Shown: piece after piece, positions 1 through 11,373 of the stretch | Layout: each line of letters starts with the position of its first letter | How positions within the stretch are numbered: the first letter of the stretch is position 1 | Assembly: GCA_026025075.1 (NCBI GenBank) | Contig: JAPEUI010000003.1 | Coordinates: 310,001 to 338,725 of the forward strand | Reading direction: 5' to 3' | Length of the DNA stretch: 28,725 nt | Source of the DNA: Vezdaea acicularis | Lineage: Eukaryota | The notes under the pieces: model-generated | Seen by the model: the letters and a program-made list of their open reading frames with translations, nothing else | What the model was told of the DNA's origin: nothing | Database searches by the model: none | Position numbers and translations under genes: made by a program

Positions 1-715
1 GTCACTTCATAGCTATTAGGGGCCACCCACTTTCAAGAAGGCTAGGAGTCCGACGCACCTGTCATCATGAAAGTCGATCTCCCAGCCGTTTACCTCGTCG
101 ATCGTGTGACCTGGCTTAGCCTTAACGTCATTGGCCACGATTTGGATATCCTTGGCTTCAGGACCGATCAGGTTCTCAAGGACCGCCCGGATGATTGGAA
201 CCATGCCTGACGAAAGAACAACGACGGGAATATTGTGCTCGCGAGTCCAGAAGTAGAACTGCTTGAAATACGGATCGAGCGTGATGCTGGCAACTAACTT
301 CTCCTTGCACTCAGGGAAGGATACCTTCGCGCTCACGCTGTCGAGCATGTCCTTGAATGCATCTCTGGAGTACAAGAGCTCCGCTTAGCAGCGCGAAGAG
401 GTTGTAGGTTGTCTATATGTTTACTTACCTGAACGTTGCCTGCTTTCTCAACACCTTGAGGTTCCCCTCTCGGCGCTTGGCGGGACCGTATCCAATATTG
501 TCTGTCTGTTAAATCGATTAGTCAATGAGTTCAGTGAGAGAAGGGAATTCAATACAAGAAAATCGTTGCCTGAAGATGCCCGTCAATCAAAGAGATCATT
601 GATATGGACTGACGAGTGAAGACCCACTGTCCTTTTGCGTAATTGTTCCATCAAAATCAGTGAAGAATATGAAAGTTGGCTTTGTTTTCATTGCCGGAAG
701 CGCGAAAGATGCCAT
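1..715 (-). CDS. HAD-superfamily phosphatase (MtnX / yeast YNL010W-like); 3' end lies outside the window. Exons 715-628, 569-556, 505-429, 364-59, 4-<1
   Basis: Spliced translation MASFALPAMKTKPTFIFFTDFDGTITQKD-SNDFL-TDNIGYG...FRDAFKDMLDSV...LDPYFKQFY...VVVLSSGM contains HAD motif I (DFDGT) and motif II (VLSSG). All four introns are GT-AG and keep the frame. Confidence 0.9.
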
Positions 716-1325
716 ATTTGATGAGTATAGGCTAGCCGATCAAAGAGCGGATATCACAGTCAATTCTCAGATGCAAGAAGCTTTCAAGATCTACTTGAAG
801 AGGAACGAAATTAGCACTAAAAAACGCCGTCTATCTCTATATGAGTTGAATGAAAGGTACAGAGAATTTGTAGTCTCATAAATTAGGTTTGAATCGGCGG
901 TGGTGCCCTGGTCAGTGCACTGGGTGGGGTGGTAAGACAGGAGTTGTGCTGTAGAAACTCGCTCGCATAAATTATTTCAGTGTCAAATTCACATCACTTT
1001 GCTCGGCAGATCAAGCTCTAGATTCAGGGCGTTGGGAGATTTCGATTTCAATTACAACGCTTTTGTTGCTACTGAAAACACTCATGCCCATTGGTAGCAT
1101 AGTGAAGAGCCCACGTGGAGACCTTAGGCCTGCGGGCCGTTTGCTCGAATGACCATACGTTGAGCCCCTTCTCAAATGCCGCCCACGCCCCTCTTCCAAT
1201 GCAACCTTGAGTATAGACAAACCTACTCCCGATGCAAAAAGAGTTTAAAGGGAAGAGAGAGCTACATTCTAAAGGACGAGAGAAAGCGGATATCAATACA
1301 ATCTATCAGAGGATATCTGAAATCT

Positions 1326-3609
1326 CTAGTTAGCTGCTTTCAGAACCTCTACTATCTTGCGGTCAATATCTTCCGTCTCTTCTACCGGCTCTTCTCCTTC
1401 TTCTTCTTGATTGTGGCCCTCGTCGATGGTGTCGCTGGAGCCTTCGCGAGCGGCTTGAGCAAGAATGTTGACACCCTCGATATGAGCGCGGTCTTCGTCG
1501 TTCAGAACCTTTGCGAGTTCTTTCGCCTCGTGCTTAGCAGCCTGACCAGGAGCCCTTGTTTTGAGCTCTCCTGTGACAAATTGGAGGTAGTAAGGAACCT
1601 CGATCCCACTCTTGAGAAAGAAGAGCTTCAGGTTACGCGCTTTATCTTTGAGCTGGACCTGATTACGATCCTTTAGGGACTCATTGATGGTACCACCGGG
1701 GCCAAACATTGCGAGTATTTGACTCCAGTGAGGTCCTTTTACTCTATCAAGGCCAGCCATCAGTGCATTCTCTTCTTCCGTAGTCCAAGGACGGCGCTGA
1801 CTGGGGAGTCCAGCACGGCGGTTATTCGGCGAAGCCTTAGCGGTAGCAGCGAGTCGAGCACGCTCATACAAAACCTGCGTTGGAGCGCTCTGAGTGTGGT
1901 ATGGGATATCTGGGACACCACCATACGATTGAGAAACGTAGCTTGCTTGTGTTTCACCTCCGTTTGCTTTGGAAGATTCCTCTTCGCTGCTTTGTTGACG
2001 TTCAGCACTCTTGTGAAAGTTCATCAGGGCTTGTTGGGCTGCGTGGGCCGCGTTACGAACGGCTTCCGCATGGCTCAAAGCTTCATCATTGCTGTTATTG
2101 TTGTGTGCTGGGATTTCAACTGAAAAACTTGCTGATCTTTCCACATTCCTCTGAACTTGGTCTGCATGATGGTACATGTCTGCATATGCTGAGTGGCGTA
2201 CTTTCGTCGGCTTCTGCTGTTAACAGGGCATTAGCATTATCATATGTTACTGCAGTAAATGCGTTGACGTACCTGAGCAGAAGTGAGCTCTTGAAAATTG
2301 CGCTGGACGTAGAAGATGATTTCTCTCAGAAAATTCGACCAAGGATACTTTTCTTGCAGAGTAAGAGCAGCTTGCTCATCTTCCGGGACATCAACCAGAT
2401 GGCTTCGTCGGCTTTGAGCACGGTTAACAAATTCAGCTTCACTAAGCGTAAGTTGCTTGGCTCCAGCACGACGGCCTAGTATCCGCTGCTCTAGATCATC
2501 AGGAAACAAGTCATCCAGGCATTGCTCCTTCGTCCGAGTTCGAGAGCCGTTGGTGAGTACGGAGATGAACGCTTGAGTCTTCAAATCAAGAAATAAAGCC
2601 CCTTGACTCTTCAGCAGGCGGCCGCCGTCCGGAACGAAGATGTCTAAGAAGTTTTCATGTAGCTCCCAGAACCCAATCTCCCCACAGCCGAATAGACTTG
2701 ATACCCACGTGGCTAAATTTGCTTTCCTTACGATATTTCGACATTCGCTATCCTGAGGATCAAGCGTGTGGATCGTCAGGAACGGTTCCTTCGTAGAATA
2801 AAGTTTCTTGGTCTGGTCGAAGAGTGACTTTAGGGCCTCATAAGCTTGACCAGGCTCAGAGTCTCCATCATTCACGATATCGATGGAGTCTTCATATGAA
2901 CCTCTCGTCAGGATCATAAGGAGTTGAATAGCCTGAGCTGCTGTTATTATAAGGCCACGAAAGCAAGCAACAAACTTATACTCACGAGGTTGTCTAGAAT
3001 AGGTAGACTTTGGATTTTGAGATGGATGCCCATATCCGTGAACAAACTGCTGGCACTTCCCAAAGGCTTCACGTTGTAATTTGGTCCTGACATGATGTTT
3101 TCACGGGCAATTTGCGTTTCAACCTGATCTTCACTATGATCCAGATCCGCAGAATTTTCTTCAACAGGGGCGGCGACTGTAGAAGTGGGTGCGTTTGCGG
3201 ATGTTTGGGGTTCATCCATGCGATCGCTTGATGGTGGTTCAACTTTAAATTGGGGAGCAATCTCTCCTCCCCGAACTTTTCCTGCAAGTTTTGTACCTTG
3301 ATCTTGCATCACAACATCCTCGATGGGCTCAGGAAGTTCGGCTCCGTCTTCCACAATGTCTCGTGTGGGCTCATCTGTCGGCCCATCAGCCGGCTCGTGG
3401 GCTGGCTCTACATTCTTCGGTAGTTCAGGCGCACTGCGCTTGTGCCTCAAACGTTCTACTCTAGCTGCTGCGCTTTTTGTAGGCGTTTTGATAGATTCGA
3501 TGTTGGATGAGGTAGTTCGTCGACGTTTCCTCGAGCCCACCGGTTCTATTGTCGGAAACGACTCTCGTTTGGGGCGCCTCAGATTATAGGACTGGGCACG
3601 CGTCTCCAT
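1326..3609 (-). CDS. TBF1: Telomere repeat-binding factor Tbf1 (TRF-like domain plus C-terminal Myb/telobox). Exons 3609-2986, 2932-2273, 2216-1326
   Basis: [13 protein letters not shown] and ANLATWVSS...[11 protein letters not shown] segments, plus telobox [28 protein letters not shown]...[20 protein letters not shown]. Three ORFs join in frame through GTGAGT..CAG and GTACGT..CAG introns. Confidence 0.92.
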
Positions 3610-5207
3610 ATTGTGCACCCCTTGCCAAGCTTTACTGGCGTAACAAGCAATCTGGGTGTGCTAGGGAAGACGAAAATACAGCTGATCGTTTACTGTACAT
3701 ATGCCACGTTCCACGTAAGCTTGAGACTTCACAAAGGTGCACTGAGGGTTTCATGAGGTACCTTGTGTGATAGTATAGCTGGTATCTAATACCCAGAATA
3801 GTAAAGTTTCGGGCCAAGAGAGCTCTACCGATGGGCTTTAGACGGTATTTCTAATTTTATAGCAAGACGACGACGAGTTGTAGCAGTACCACGATCTACA
3901 AGGGCAGACAAATTCTCTTAGGGCTAAGGTCAAGGTCAAAATTTCGGTTAACATTGTGTTTGGCAACGGCAATCGCCGTCTACCATGAACCCCTTCGTTA
4001 TCCCCGTCAGATCTTAATGTGCCATTTACTTTTACCCACCACGTTCCAACAATATAAAGTTATATATTCACAATTTCGCAAGAATTTAAACTCCTTTTTA
4101 AGTTATATGTGACACTTTCCTTTCATGCAGCTGAAGTATGAATAAACAACAAGACCCTGCGTAGTTTTTTCAGCATTCAAGCGACGTGATCTTGTATCAT
4201 TACTTGCATCTTAGAAAGTCTTCCCTAGGTTTCTGCTGATGTGCTTACAGAGAAGCATTAACAACTACTACGGAATCATACGGGTCTTCAGATCTCAAAA
4301 AATAATCACCGGTCCCAAACTCACGTCCTGATGAGTGGTCCATTCCCAGCCTCGCACATTTCTATCCGAGATTCTCTCGGTTAAATGGTGACGCGATTCC
4401 ACCACTTGCATGAGAACGCGCACTTCCGGGCGCTGATCCCTCGATAAGCTAGTGAGGAATAGACCAACGCTACAGTAAAGGCTCGAGTTGGCCTTGATTC
4501 AGACGGTCTTGAGCTTCGAGTGCATGTTGGTTGGTAGCCGACAATAATGGACAAGGGTCTTCCGTACCCAATCAAGTCTTGGCCTCTGCCTTGACAGCTC
4601 TAAACACAAGACACTGATAGAGATAGTCTTTTAGAAGGGCGGATAGGATCGCAGGATGTTTATAAGGAAAGTGAGATCTTGTTGCTTGTCTATGTCATGG
4701 GTATCGAGGCCTTCAGATCCGGTCGGAGGCCAATCCACGGTGGGACAAAGAAAGGCTAACCTGGATACGGTTCTCGGAGAGGCGGGGTGGGCGGCCCTCA
4801 CGCCATCCTGAGCTGACAAAAGGCTGGGCCTATCTCCGCAGATAGAGAAGATTCGCGCCAATTGGGAGCTCAGAGAGAGTTACATCACTGCGCGCCCATC
4901 CAGTGCCTTGAGGCCCTCGTACCGCACTCAAAGCCTTGCGCGGGCTGTGCCACTAAGCTCTATTGTCGAGTAGCTCGAAGCTTGCTACTTATAGCTGAGA
5001 GTTCCCTTTGCTTTCGCAATCATCGCAAGCTCAGTCGTGCTCCTCTTCATCTTACAACTACTCATCCGTAGCGGCGCATTGGAAGGCGGCGATAGCTGGT
5101 AGGTCGCTGAGTCGACTACCCCGCCCGCCTTTGCTTTGGGATCTCGCCTTGGTTGAGCTTTGAACAACATCACCTAGCTCAGGTTACGTCGCCCCCAACA
5201 ATCAGCG

Positions 5208-7084
5208 ATGTTACTAGATCTTTTCACTGTCGGCTTGGCCGGATTGCTTTTCGTGCGCTCAGCAATAGCACAGTCCGAGGAAACGATCCATGCCGCCGTG
5301 ATCCTGACCCGCCATGGCGAGCAAACTCCGATTATCTTAGAGGCCGATTCTATTCTCACCCCTCTTGGAGCACAGCAGCTCTACTCTGCAGGGTCTTATT
5401 TTCGCAATCGCTATGTGAACCCCACGTCGTCAAACCAGCCGGGCGCGATAACTGGCATTGATACCTATGTCATTGACAACGATCAGATTGTGACATTCGC
5501 TCTATCGGATGAGCCTATTGCTACTTCTGCCATTGCATTCCTCCAGGGTCTTTACCCTCCCACCAACCAAAGCTCGAGCAGCCTCATTCTCGAGGACGAG
5601 AACGTGCTCGCAAATGGGACGGTATCACTTGGACCACTTGGAGGATACCAGTACCCTCAGATTCAAACAGTGGGTACCCTAGAGAGCTTAATGGAAGGCC
5701 ATCTAGTTCTAATATAATCATAGTTCGGCCCACTTGATCCAAACGTCATTTGGATGGCTGGTAGCGCAAATTGTCCAGAAGCCGAGCTCAGCGCTTCAGA
5801 GTATTTTACCACAGCAGAATCCGAAACCTCTCAGCTAGTAAATGCCCAATTCTATAGTAACATCATCAACGAGACGCTAGGAAACGCCTCCTCTCCTGAC
5901 AAGGGCACCTATATCAATGTAAGTGTCAATTTGTTTCCTCACAGATGGCGAAGCCGCTGTTCCTGCGCCACTCTCTGAGAACCTTTATGTAGCTCCATTA
6001 GTTAAAGAGTTAGCTGCTAATGGACTTAAAGGCATATGCTATCTATGACTACGTGCTCTATCAACAATCCCACAACAGGACCTTGAAACTTTCCTCGGCT
6101 GATGTGAACCACCTACGGGCCCTTGCCGGACAAGAGCAATGGGGAATCAACGGTAATCTGTCAGCCAGTGGCCGCACAAAAGGCGATCGTATCCGAGCCA
6201 TCGCAGGGCAAACCCTAGCCGCTAAGGTGCTCTCTCTTCTTACGAGCAACATCCGCAACCAAGGAATCTACTACAAGATGAACCTCATGTTCTCGTACCT
6301 CGACCCGTTCGTGGCGTTTGCTGCTCTTGCCGAGCTGCAAGACCAAAATACTGACTTCATGGGCATCCCCAATTTTGGGAGCAGTATGGTCTTTGAGCTT
6401 TTCTCCATTGGTAACAACACGGCCATCGCAAACTACCCATCGACCGACAACTTGAAGGTGCGCTTCTACTTCCGCAACGGCACCGACCAGGACATGGTTT
6501 CCTTTGCGCTGTTCGACCGCCCCAAGTCGCAGTCCGACATGAGCTGGCACGACTTTGTTAGCGCCATGCAAGGTTTCTACCTCAACGATCTCGGGCAGTG
6601 GTGCGATACCTGCCAGAGCCAGAACTACTACTGCGAGCTTTTCAGCGCAGACTTCAACAACGGCACGAGCGGCATCGAAGGGGGCGATGGCGGAATGACA
6701 CACCAGATTGCGGGGGTGATCGGCGCCTCCGTCACCATCGGTGTATTCCTACTGCTGATTGCCGCGGCGATGCTGTTTGGAGGCGTGCGCTTCCACCGCG
6801 TGACGAAGCGGAAGTCGGAGTTGGGCGGATTCAAGGGATCGGAGAAGCTAGCCAGCGATGCCGATCTGACCAGCGGAAAGGCTGCAGAGCCTGTAGCTGG
6901 CGCGAGCGTTACGAAGGGACATGAACGTGTTGGCAGCTGGGAGTTGAGAGAGCAGGCGGGCCAGCGCAAGTTGGCTGAGGAGAACATTGGGAGCTTGAGG
7001 AGGTCGGAGAGTCTTAGGGATGATGATGATGAGTTGAGAGTTAATCCGTTCTCAGACCCGGTCAAGGTTAGAGAACACGTTTAA
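5208..7084 (+). CDS. Histidine acid phosphatase-fold type I membrane protein. Exons 5208-5669, 5724-5918, 6032-7084
   Basis: N-terminal signal peptide, RHGEQTP..LTPLGAQQLYSAG motif, several N-glycosylation sequons, WCDTC motif, TM helix IAGVIGASVTIGVFLLLIAAAMLFGG and a cytosolic tail. Two phase-0 introns. Confidence 0.88.
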
Positions 7085-7366
7085 GGGGCGGCTTTCTGTG
7101 CTTTTTGTGGGCGTGTTCATATTTTATGCGGCTTGGGTTACGGTACGCGTTATGGATATGGCTGAGATACACTCCTTTCACGGCTTGGGGGTAAACGAGG
7201 AGTACGTTCTATTTGATCTTGATTGGGTATATGTAAATGCAGATATGCCACGCTTACTAAACAACAATGAAACATAATCCTGGGTGCAGTTATTGCGGAA
7301 GCGGCGTTCCAAACGCTTAAGATGAGGCATGCCAAAAGGAACCTTCACTGATAAGTGAGTCCAGGG

Positions 7367-10300
7367 CTAGGTGTTCTTCCTGAGGCTAGCTCTGGCTCTC
7401 ATGACCTCTTCCTCCTTCTCGACGGCTTTCCTGCGATATTCATCAACCTCTTCCCTCTTGACGACTTTCTTTAAAGCATCACTAGCTTGTATCAGGCCAT
7501 CAATGCTGATGGCGTGATTTGTCATCTGGTGATTTATATAGCTGTACACTTCTGCCGAAGTCTTGCATTCCATCAGATGCGCCTCGTTGAGCTTGAGCAA
7601 CGCCAGCGCAACTTGGAATAGGAATGTAGAGCCGTCATTTGTGCAGAGCACGACGTCCCAGACGCGGAAGAGAGCTTCGGCGGACAGACAGTCCGTGAAA
7701 ACCGAGAGGAACCACTGGAAGGTAAGAGCTTCAAGCTCAATACGTAGTTGGTCTAGATGGCCCGAAAGCTTGGGAAGAATGGAGGAAACATATTGCCTAA
7801 GGACCTGTTGATCGGCACGGCTGGCGAGGAGTGCGTGGTCGTAATAATGGGCCGGTAGGATATTCTCAACCATGCTTGTCAGTACCCAGAAGGCGTCTTC
7901 TGGCGTAGGCATTATCAATAACAGTGACGCTGTGATCTGATTCATTCCCTGACAATAGCCAACTTCTGGGTTGCGACGAGCATACGCAATCAAGACCTCG
8001 TTGAGTTTGTGCACTCCAGGCCCTTTACGGAAGAAGATGTTATCGGTCAGAGTTCGATTGATGTCCATGCCAATCTGAGCGACAATTACTGGGTCATCAA
8101 CGCCATCCCGGATAAGGTCGTCGTAATAGCCAGGAATGCGCATGGAAGAGGCTCCGCTGCACTCGGCCCAGATCTTAGCACGGTATGAGACAGGAATGCC
8201 ACCGAGCACTAGGCTCTTGAACTCATTCCATTTCGCGCGGCCAACCTTTCCCTTGTTACCCAAGCCAGCGACGCCGATCATTTCACCATCGGCCAGGGAT
8301 ATTTCGGGCATTGTGCTTCGAGTAAGGCGGCCTTCAACTGGGGGTGCTGCCTCGTCTTCCCTGCGCCGTTCTGCCCGAACTTTGCGAAGGAACTCATTCC
8401 ACTTCGTAGTCTTCTCGCGTTGAAGCGAGTCGTGCACTTCAGTGAGTTGATCGAGGAGTAGTTTGACGGGCTCCCTTTGCTCTACGGGTGTTGAAGGCGG
8501 TGATGACGCAGAAGGTAGCCTTTCTGCAAGCATTGCGTTGTCAGACACGATTGAAGTCGCAGAGAGTTTCGGAGGTAATATGGCTCCAGCACCAGATACT
8601 CGGTCTGTAACCACGGTAAGGGGGTTTGGCGAAAGTTCCCCACTTGTCTTGCTTAGAGTTGGGATAGCAGTAGAAGAGGGCGTATGTGAAAGAAGTTCTG
8701 TTGGATGAGTGGCAGTTTTCAGGTAGTCTTGCCATTTACGAGGTTTAGACTCTTCCCCTTCATCAACTGATGCAGGGGTTACAGGTCGTGGTTCAAGGGT
8801 ATTGAGAAGGGAATCTGAGGGCTCGCTTGCTGCAGCACCTTTGCTAACATTCACGTCCTTATCCGTTTTCGTATGGGTAAGCATTTCGACGTGGAAAGCT
8901 CCGCTTGTAGTAGCATGTCGTCCCTCAGCTGCATCTCTTTGCCGTTTCTTGCGACGCTGGTCGTAAATAAAACCAAAGCGGTCAGTAAGATACTCTGCAG
9001 AGGTTTGTTGGTTATGGACTGCTGTCAATGTGGGAGGTCGAGTGTTTTCGGGGAATATGGTGTCCATCTCCACAGGACCTAGATTGGTGTCATTCAAAGA
9101 TGCTGGGCTTTGAGGACCGTTGTTGGGTTGTGGTAAGCTCGCAGACTTCGGTAGAGCTTTGACGGTGTTACTTCCGCTCATGGTTACGGATCGGCCATCG
9201 CGACGTGTAGACCCGTCGTTGACCTTACCATTGACTTTAGCTAAGGCAGCGCTTGCGGCACTTGCAGTGCTCATATTCTTTTGTCTCAAATTATTAGAAT
9301 CTGTTGCTGCTCTTACTCTAGTAGTCTTTGATAAATCATTGTCTCTGGAGCTTTGCGGTGCCCCTGCCACGAGCTTGACAGCCCAGGAAGCTACTGAGGA
9401 AGAGGATTTTCGAGAGTGAGCGTCTAAATCGGTTCCATCCTTTCTGTTTTTTATAGCAGCTTGGAGCTCACCGTCAAGGTCTCGGGTTTCTCCATCATCC
9501 GGTGGCTGGAAGAGGTCATGTTGAAGGACTCGTCTCCGCGCACCAGTGACACTGGATGCTCTGAGCTTCGTCGTACTCTCTGCATCACTCTGATCAGCGT
9601 TGATGCTGCTCGCTCTACTGCTCTTCTTGCTTGTTCCAGTTCCGAGCCACAGGTATTCTTTCCAGCCCCGAGTTGTCCCTGTAGGCTTCTTATCGTAGCT
9701 GCTCCGAGAGGCGATCGAACGGACCTCTGCGTCGGCCATGCCGGCCGCACGATTGGATGGCAATTCGCGAGTACTGAATGTAGAGGTTATGCCATTGTCA
9801 TCATCATCGAGTCCAACAGTGTCCCTCATAGCCTGTGTCATCATCTCGTTGATGCTTCCTTCAGTGCTCTTGTCTGTCTCCAGGTGCCCTCCCAAGCCCT
9901 GGTCAAGGGCCTTTCCTGACCCAGTAGAATGATTATCGCCCTCAGGGCTCTCACTGCTCCTTAACCTCATTTCTATATCCATGTTTGATACCTCGCACTC
10001 CAGCAGCATCTTCCTCAAGGTGCGCTCTCGTAACTCGGTCCGGCGTCTTAGTACTGTCATCTGGGCGTCCCGCTGAGCGACATCTTGGGCCATCTGTCTG
10101 ACAAGAGCCACAGCTCCATTACGTGCGATAAGACGCTCAATATGTTCGTCTGAGGTATGATGCAATGCTCCAGGAATATGTAGCCCGTTCGTGGGCGAGT
10201 CGTCAAACAGAGCACTTCGACTTCTCATCGACGGAGTGGCTGCCGTTAGGCTATCAACGATAGTAGGCGTAGACTTTGAAGATTTACGCGGAGTTGGAGA

Positions 10301-10546
10301 CAGTGACTCCTCAACTATGTTGCCTGCGAGAGTAGCGTGCCGTATATCTGTAGGAGAGTTGGTAGGTGATAAGGACGGAAACGAGGTTAACGATTTGTCT
10401 GAAGGCGTGGAAGTGATTGAAGAGCCGTAAGACGTCATCTTTCGGGGCTTTAAGCGCATAGTTCCTGACTTATGACTCCGTGTTGATGTTGTCGAATTAT
10501 GGGATGAAGTCCTTTGCAGGACCCCACCTCTATCAGCTTCCGTCAT
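7367..10546 (-). CDS. TBC-domain Rab GTPase-activating protein, 1059 aa, apparently a single exon
   Basis: C-terminal TBC domain GIPVSYRAKIW...IGMDINRT (IxxDxxR arginine finger)...GYCQGMN (glutamine finger)...FQWFLSVF...RVWD; TDRFGFIY motif; N-terminal coiled coil. Confidence 0.93.
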   Translation of the reverse strand: MTEADRGGVLQRTSSHNSTTSTRSHKSGTMRLKPRKMTSYGSSITSTPSDKSLTSFPSLSPTNSPTDIRHATLAGNIVEESLSPTPRKSSKSTPTIVDSLTAATPSMRSRSALFDDSPTNGLHIPGALHHTSDEHIERLIARNGAVALVRQMAQDVAQRDAQMTVLRRRTELRERTLRKMLLECEVSNMDIEMRLRSSESPEGDNHSTGSGKALDQGLGGHLETDKSTEGSINEMMTQAMRDTVGLDDDDNGITSTFSTRELPSNRAAGMADAEVRSIASRSSYDKKPTGTTRGWKEYLWLGTGTSKKSSRASSINADQSDAESTTKLRASSVTGARRRVLQHDLFQPPDDGETRDLDGELQAAIKNRKDGTDLDAHSRKSSSSVASWAVKLVAGAPQSSRDNDLSKTTRVRAATDSNNLRQKNMSTASAASAALAKVNGKVNDGSTRRDGRSVTMSGSNTVKALPKSASLPQPNNGPQSPASLNDTNLGPVEMDTIFPENTRPPTLTAVHNQQTSAEYLTDRFGFIYDQRRKKRQRDAAEGRHATTSGAFHVEMLTHTKTDKDVNVSKGAAASEPSDSLLNTLEPRPVTPASVDEGEESKPRKWQDYLKTATHPTELLSHTPSSTAIPTLSKTSGELSPNPLTVVTDRVSGAGAILPPKLSATSIVSDNAMLAERLPSASSPPSTPVEQREPVKLLLDQLTEVHDSLQREKTTKWNEFLRKVRAERRREDEAAPPVEGRLTRSTMPEISLADGEMIGVAGLGNKGKVGRAKWNEFKSLVLGGIPVSYRAKIWAECSGASSMRIPGYYDDLIRDGVDDPVIVAQIGMDINRTLTDNIFFRKGPGVHKLNEVLIAYARRNPEVGYCQGMNQITASLLLIMPTPEDAFWVLTSMVENILPAHYYDHALLASRADQQVLRQYVSSILPKLSGHLDQLRIELEALTFQWFLSVFTDCLSAEALFRVWDVVLCTNDGSTFLFQVALALLKLNEAHLMECKTSAEVYSYINHQMTNHAISIDGLIQASDALKKVVKREEVDEYRRKAVEKEEEVMRARASLRKNT

Positions 10547-11373
10547 AGTGCTTGCACAGACTCACTAATGCTAGCATCTGCGCGCTCTATATGTTCGAGC
10601 GAAGAAGGAAAGATATCGAGCGAAGGACTTGGTCTGCTGTAAAGACTGGTATTAAGAGTGTTGGTTTTGTGAGGGCGCAAATATCAGGAATGTTGACACA
10701 AAATGATGCGCTAGGTCACCATGACACGCACCCTCACGCGTCTACTCATTCATGCGAGATAAAAACTGCCAAGCCTCGACCTCTCTTCGATGTTGGCTTT
10801 CACACCATCCCGACATAGAAATGATATTGCAGAGAAATAAAATACCAAATTCTAGTATTCATAGTAGTTTCCTTCTTCTCTGTGAGAAGTGGTTTAAACT
10901 CACATGCCGATCTCGTTTTCTGCCGCGCCAGCACCGCTCACCGCCAACACTACGAGCGGGAACCCTTGCAAAAGGTGGAGGCGGGTGAAGGCAGCTACCG
11001 TATTCCTGCCACTTGTAGTGAGAGATGCGCCTTCTAGAGCACTAATACTTTGGATGTTCTGGCCATATTCTTGCCTCGTTGTCTAGTCTATGTTCTTGTC
11101 CTTCACCAGAGCATCTAAGCACAACTTTCCGCCAGACTTCCCCGAAACGCGGGCACGCTTCCGCGGTACTCTTGTGCCACTTCCCACGCAGCGTGAGACA
11201 CGCAGCCTTACCGGAAACCCACTTCAACCTTTCTTGATCAATTCGAGAGAGATTTGATGGGCGAGAAAGAAGTAACACAATTAAATGAAGAAAGTAATTA
11301 TTCAAAGGAGGAGAAAGGACGTAACCAATTGACCGAAAGGAAAGGCCAAATAGCGCGTGCGAAACGCCATATA

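Noticed and set aside
4328..4340. Hammerhead ribozyme core CTGATGAG
   Set aside because: No stem II followed by GAAA and no stem III.
11254..11373. N-terminal extension of Atg18 from the in-frame ATG at 11257
   Set aside because: A-rich promoter-like sequence; Atg18 similarity starts at the ATG at 11374, which has a good context.
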